Assembly (NCBI GenBank): GCA_963762865.1
Contig: CAVXNC010000018.1
Coordinates: 75,506 to 139,505, forward strand
Direction of reading: 5' to 3'
DNA length: 64,000 bases
From: an uncultured Actinomycetota bacterium
GTDB lineage: Bacteria; Actinomycetota; Actinomycetes; JACCUZ01
Within the stretch, counting starts at the first letter, position 1, and each line of letters begins with the position of its first letter. The notes beneath the pieces are model-generated. The model made no database searches, had not been told where the DNA came from, and saw only the letters and a list, made by a program, of their open reading frames with translations. Shown here piece by piece: positions 62,535 through 64,000 of this stretch. The translations under genes were made by a program, and so were the position numbers.

Positions 62535-63590
62535 ATGAGTGGCGTGGCGACGGCGCGGTGGGTCCTGCACGTCGACCTCGACCAGTTCCTCGCCGCCGCA
62601 GAGATGCTCCGCCGCCCCGAGCTGCGGGGGCTGCCGGTCGTCGTCGGCGGCGATGGCGACCCGACCAAGCGTGGCGTCGTGAGCACCGCGTCGTACGAGG
62701 CACGTGCCCTCGGCGTGCACTCCGGCGTGCCGCTGCGCACGGCCGCCAAACGTGCACCGGACGCCGTCTTCCTCGCGGTCGACAAGCCCTACTACGACGC
62801 GGTGTCGGCCGAGGTGATGACGGCCCTCAAGCAGGTCGAGGCTCAGCGGTACGTCGTCGAGGTGCTCGGCTGGGACGAGGCATTCGTGGCGGCCGACACC
62901 GACGACCCCGAGGCACTGGCGCTGCGGATCCAGCGCGCGGTGCTCGACGCGAGCGGGCTGGACTGCAGTGTCGGCATCGGGCAGAACCCCTTGCAGGCCA
63001 AGCTCGCGACCGACTTCGGCAAGCCGCACGGCGTCTACCGCCTGACGCACGACACCTGGCAGGACGTGATGGGTGCGCTGCCGACGGACGCGCTGTGGGG
63101 CATCGGTCGCAAGACCGCCGCAAAGCTCGCCGCGCTCGGCATCACCACCGTCGACGAGCTCGCGTCCGCCGACACCGAGCGGCTGGCCGGTCACTTCGGC
63201 CCGGCCACCGGGCCGTGGCTCGTCAGGCGAGCCACCGGCCGCGACCCGTCGAAGGTCGTCGACACACCGTGGCAGGCGCGCAGCCGCGGGCGCCAGGTCA
63301 CCTACCAGCAGGACATCGCGGACTGGGACGACGTACGTCGCGAGCTGCTGGCGCTGGTCCCGGTCGTCGTGGCCGACGTCGAGACCGAGGGACGGCCGGC
63401 GACCCGCATCGTGGTGACCGTCCGCTACCCGACGTTCCTCACCCGGTCGCACGGTCGCTCCCTCCCCGAGCCCACCGCCGACCCGGCAGTCATCGAGGCG
63501 GCAGCGCTGGAGGCGTTGGCGATGTTCGACGACCACCGGCCGGTGCGGCTGCTGGGCCTGCGGGCCGAGCTGGCGGTGGCCGGGTCCTGA
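62535..63590 (+). CDS. dinB: DNA polymerase IV.
   Basis: A Y-family polymerase N-terminus (VLHVDLDQFLAAAE...SYEAR) and an HhH motif. Confidence 0.9.
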   Translation: MSGVATARWVLHVDLDQFLAAAEMLRRPELRGLPVVVGGDGDPTKRGVVSTASYEARALGVHSGVPLRTAAKRAPDAVFLAVDKPYYDAVSAEVMTALKQVEAQRYVVEVLGWDEAFVAADTDDPEALALRIQRAVLDASGLDCSVGIGQNPLQAKLATDFGKPHGVYRLTHDTWQDVMGALPTDALWGIGRKTAAKLAALGITTVDELASADTERLAGHFGPATGPWLVRRATGRDPSKVVDTPWQARSRGRQVTYQQDIADWDDVRRELLALVPVVVADVETEGRPATRIVVTVRYPTFLTRSHGRSLPEPTADPAVIEAAALEALAMFDDHRPVRLLGLRAELAVAGS

Positions 63591-63603
63591 GAGCTGGCCG
63601 GCG

Positions 63604-64000
63604 CTAGGACCGGGAAGCGCGGTGCGCCAGCACGACCGCCTGCAGCCGGTCACGGACGCCCAGCTTCATCAGGATCCGCGCGACGTGCGTCTTCACGGTG
63701 CCCTCGCCGATCACCAGCTCCGTCGCGATCTCGCCGTTGGACATTCCCTGCGCCATCAGCGCGAGCACCTCCCGCTCGCGCCCGGTCAGTGCCCGCAGCC
63801 TGCCCTCGGCCGGCGGCAGTCGCCGGGCTGACAGGTCAGCGGCGACCCGGCGGGCCGCCGCGCCGGAGAGCACGGCGTCCCCGACCGCGGCGGCGCGGAC
63901 TGCGGCGACCAACCGCTCGGCGGGCACGTCCTTGAGCAGGTAGCCGCTGGCGCCGTCCGCCAGCGCGGCTCGCACGTGCTCGTCGGTGTCGAACGTGGTG
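63604..64000 (-). CDS. LuxR/NarL-family response regulator; the N-terminus lies beyond the window.
   Basis: A C-terminal LuxR HTH (LTGREREVLALMAQGMSNGEIATELVIGEGTVKTHVARI) preceded by the end of a receiver domain. The ORF is open at the 64000 edge. Confidence 0.75.
   Translation of the reverse strand, partial: TTFDTDEHVRAALADGASGYLLKDVPAERLVAAVRAAAVGDAVLSGAAARRVAADLSARRLPPAEGRLRALTGREREVLALMAQGMSNGEIATELVIGEGTVKTHVARILMKLGVRDRLQAVVLAHRASRS

Noticed and set aside
61530-63653. A 707-aa minus-strand ORF.
   Set aside because: It is antisense to the TauE and dinB genes and shows wrong-frame composition.

Overview
This window is a high-GC actinobacterial chromosomal segment, dense in protein-coding genes. 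No rRNA, tRNA, CRISPR, transposase or integrase genes were detected.

The backbone is Mycobacterium-like in gene order. It runs radA-disA ... mutY, then clpC1 ... lsr2-lysS ... coaX-nadC-nadB-panC and a DUF2520 gene, ending with dinB. Two variable blocks interrupt it.

1. Between disA and mutY there is a five-gene, translationally coupled minus-strand module (18060-22550). It encodes a DUF336 heme-binding-like protein, a PrmC/HemK-like glutamine methyltransferase, CheW, a CheR-TPR fusion and CheB. There is no CheA or MCP anywhere in the window. This is the best candidate for an undescribed regulatory system.

2. Between clpC1 and lsr2 there is about 11 kb of accessory genes (30500-41320): GNAT, SDR, a secreted protein, lutABC, a DUF222-HNH element and a truncated kinase. 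This block carries duplication scars. One is a ghost GNAT/SDR junction. The other is a 287-bp lsr2 3' direct repeat flanking an XRE-HTH insert.

Other notable repeats are a ~60-bp palindromic element in two copies flanking a marR / DinB-superfamily gene pair, and a perfect 25-bp tandem duplication at the end of an orphan nuoD-like gene.

At least six genes show apparent single-base frameshifts: a Tat-signal dioxygenase, a DUF222-HNH gene, a HAD hydrolase, a SAM methyltransferase, an MFS-cNMP fusion and lutB. They sit in G/C homopolymer contexts, so they most likely reflect sequence errors or recent decay.

The remaining content is transporters and enzymes. It includes two ABC-2 systems, an OpuA-type glycine betaine ABC system and two MFS genes. 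A ZIP transporter, proC plus proline dehydrogenase, a P450, a YdbS/YdbT PH-domain pair and a partial LuxR-type response regulator complete it.
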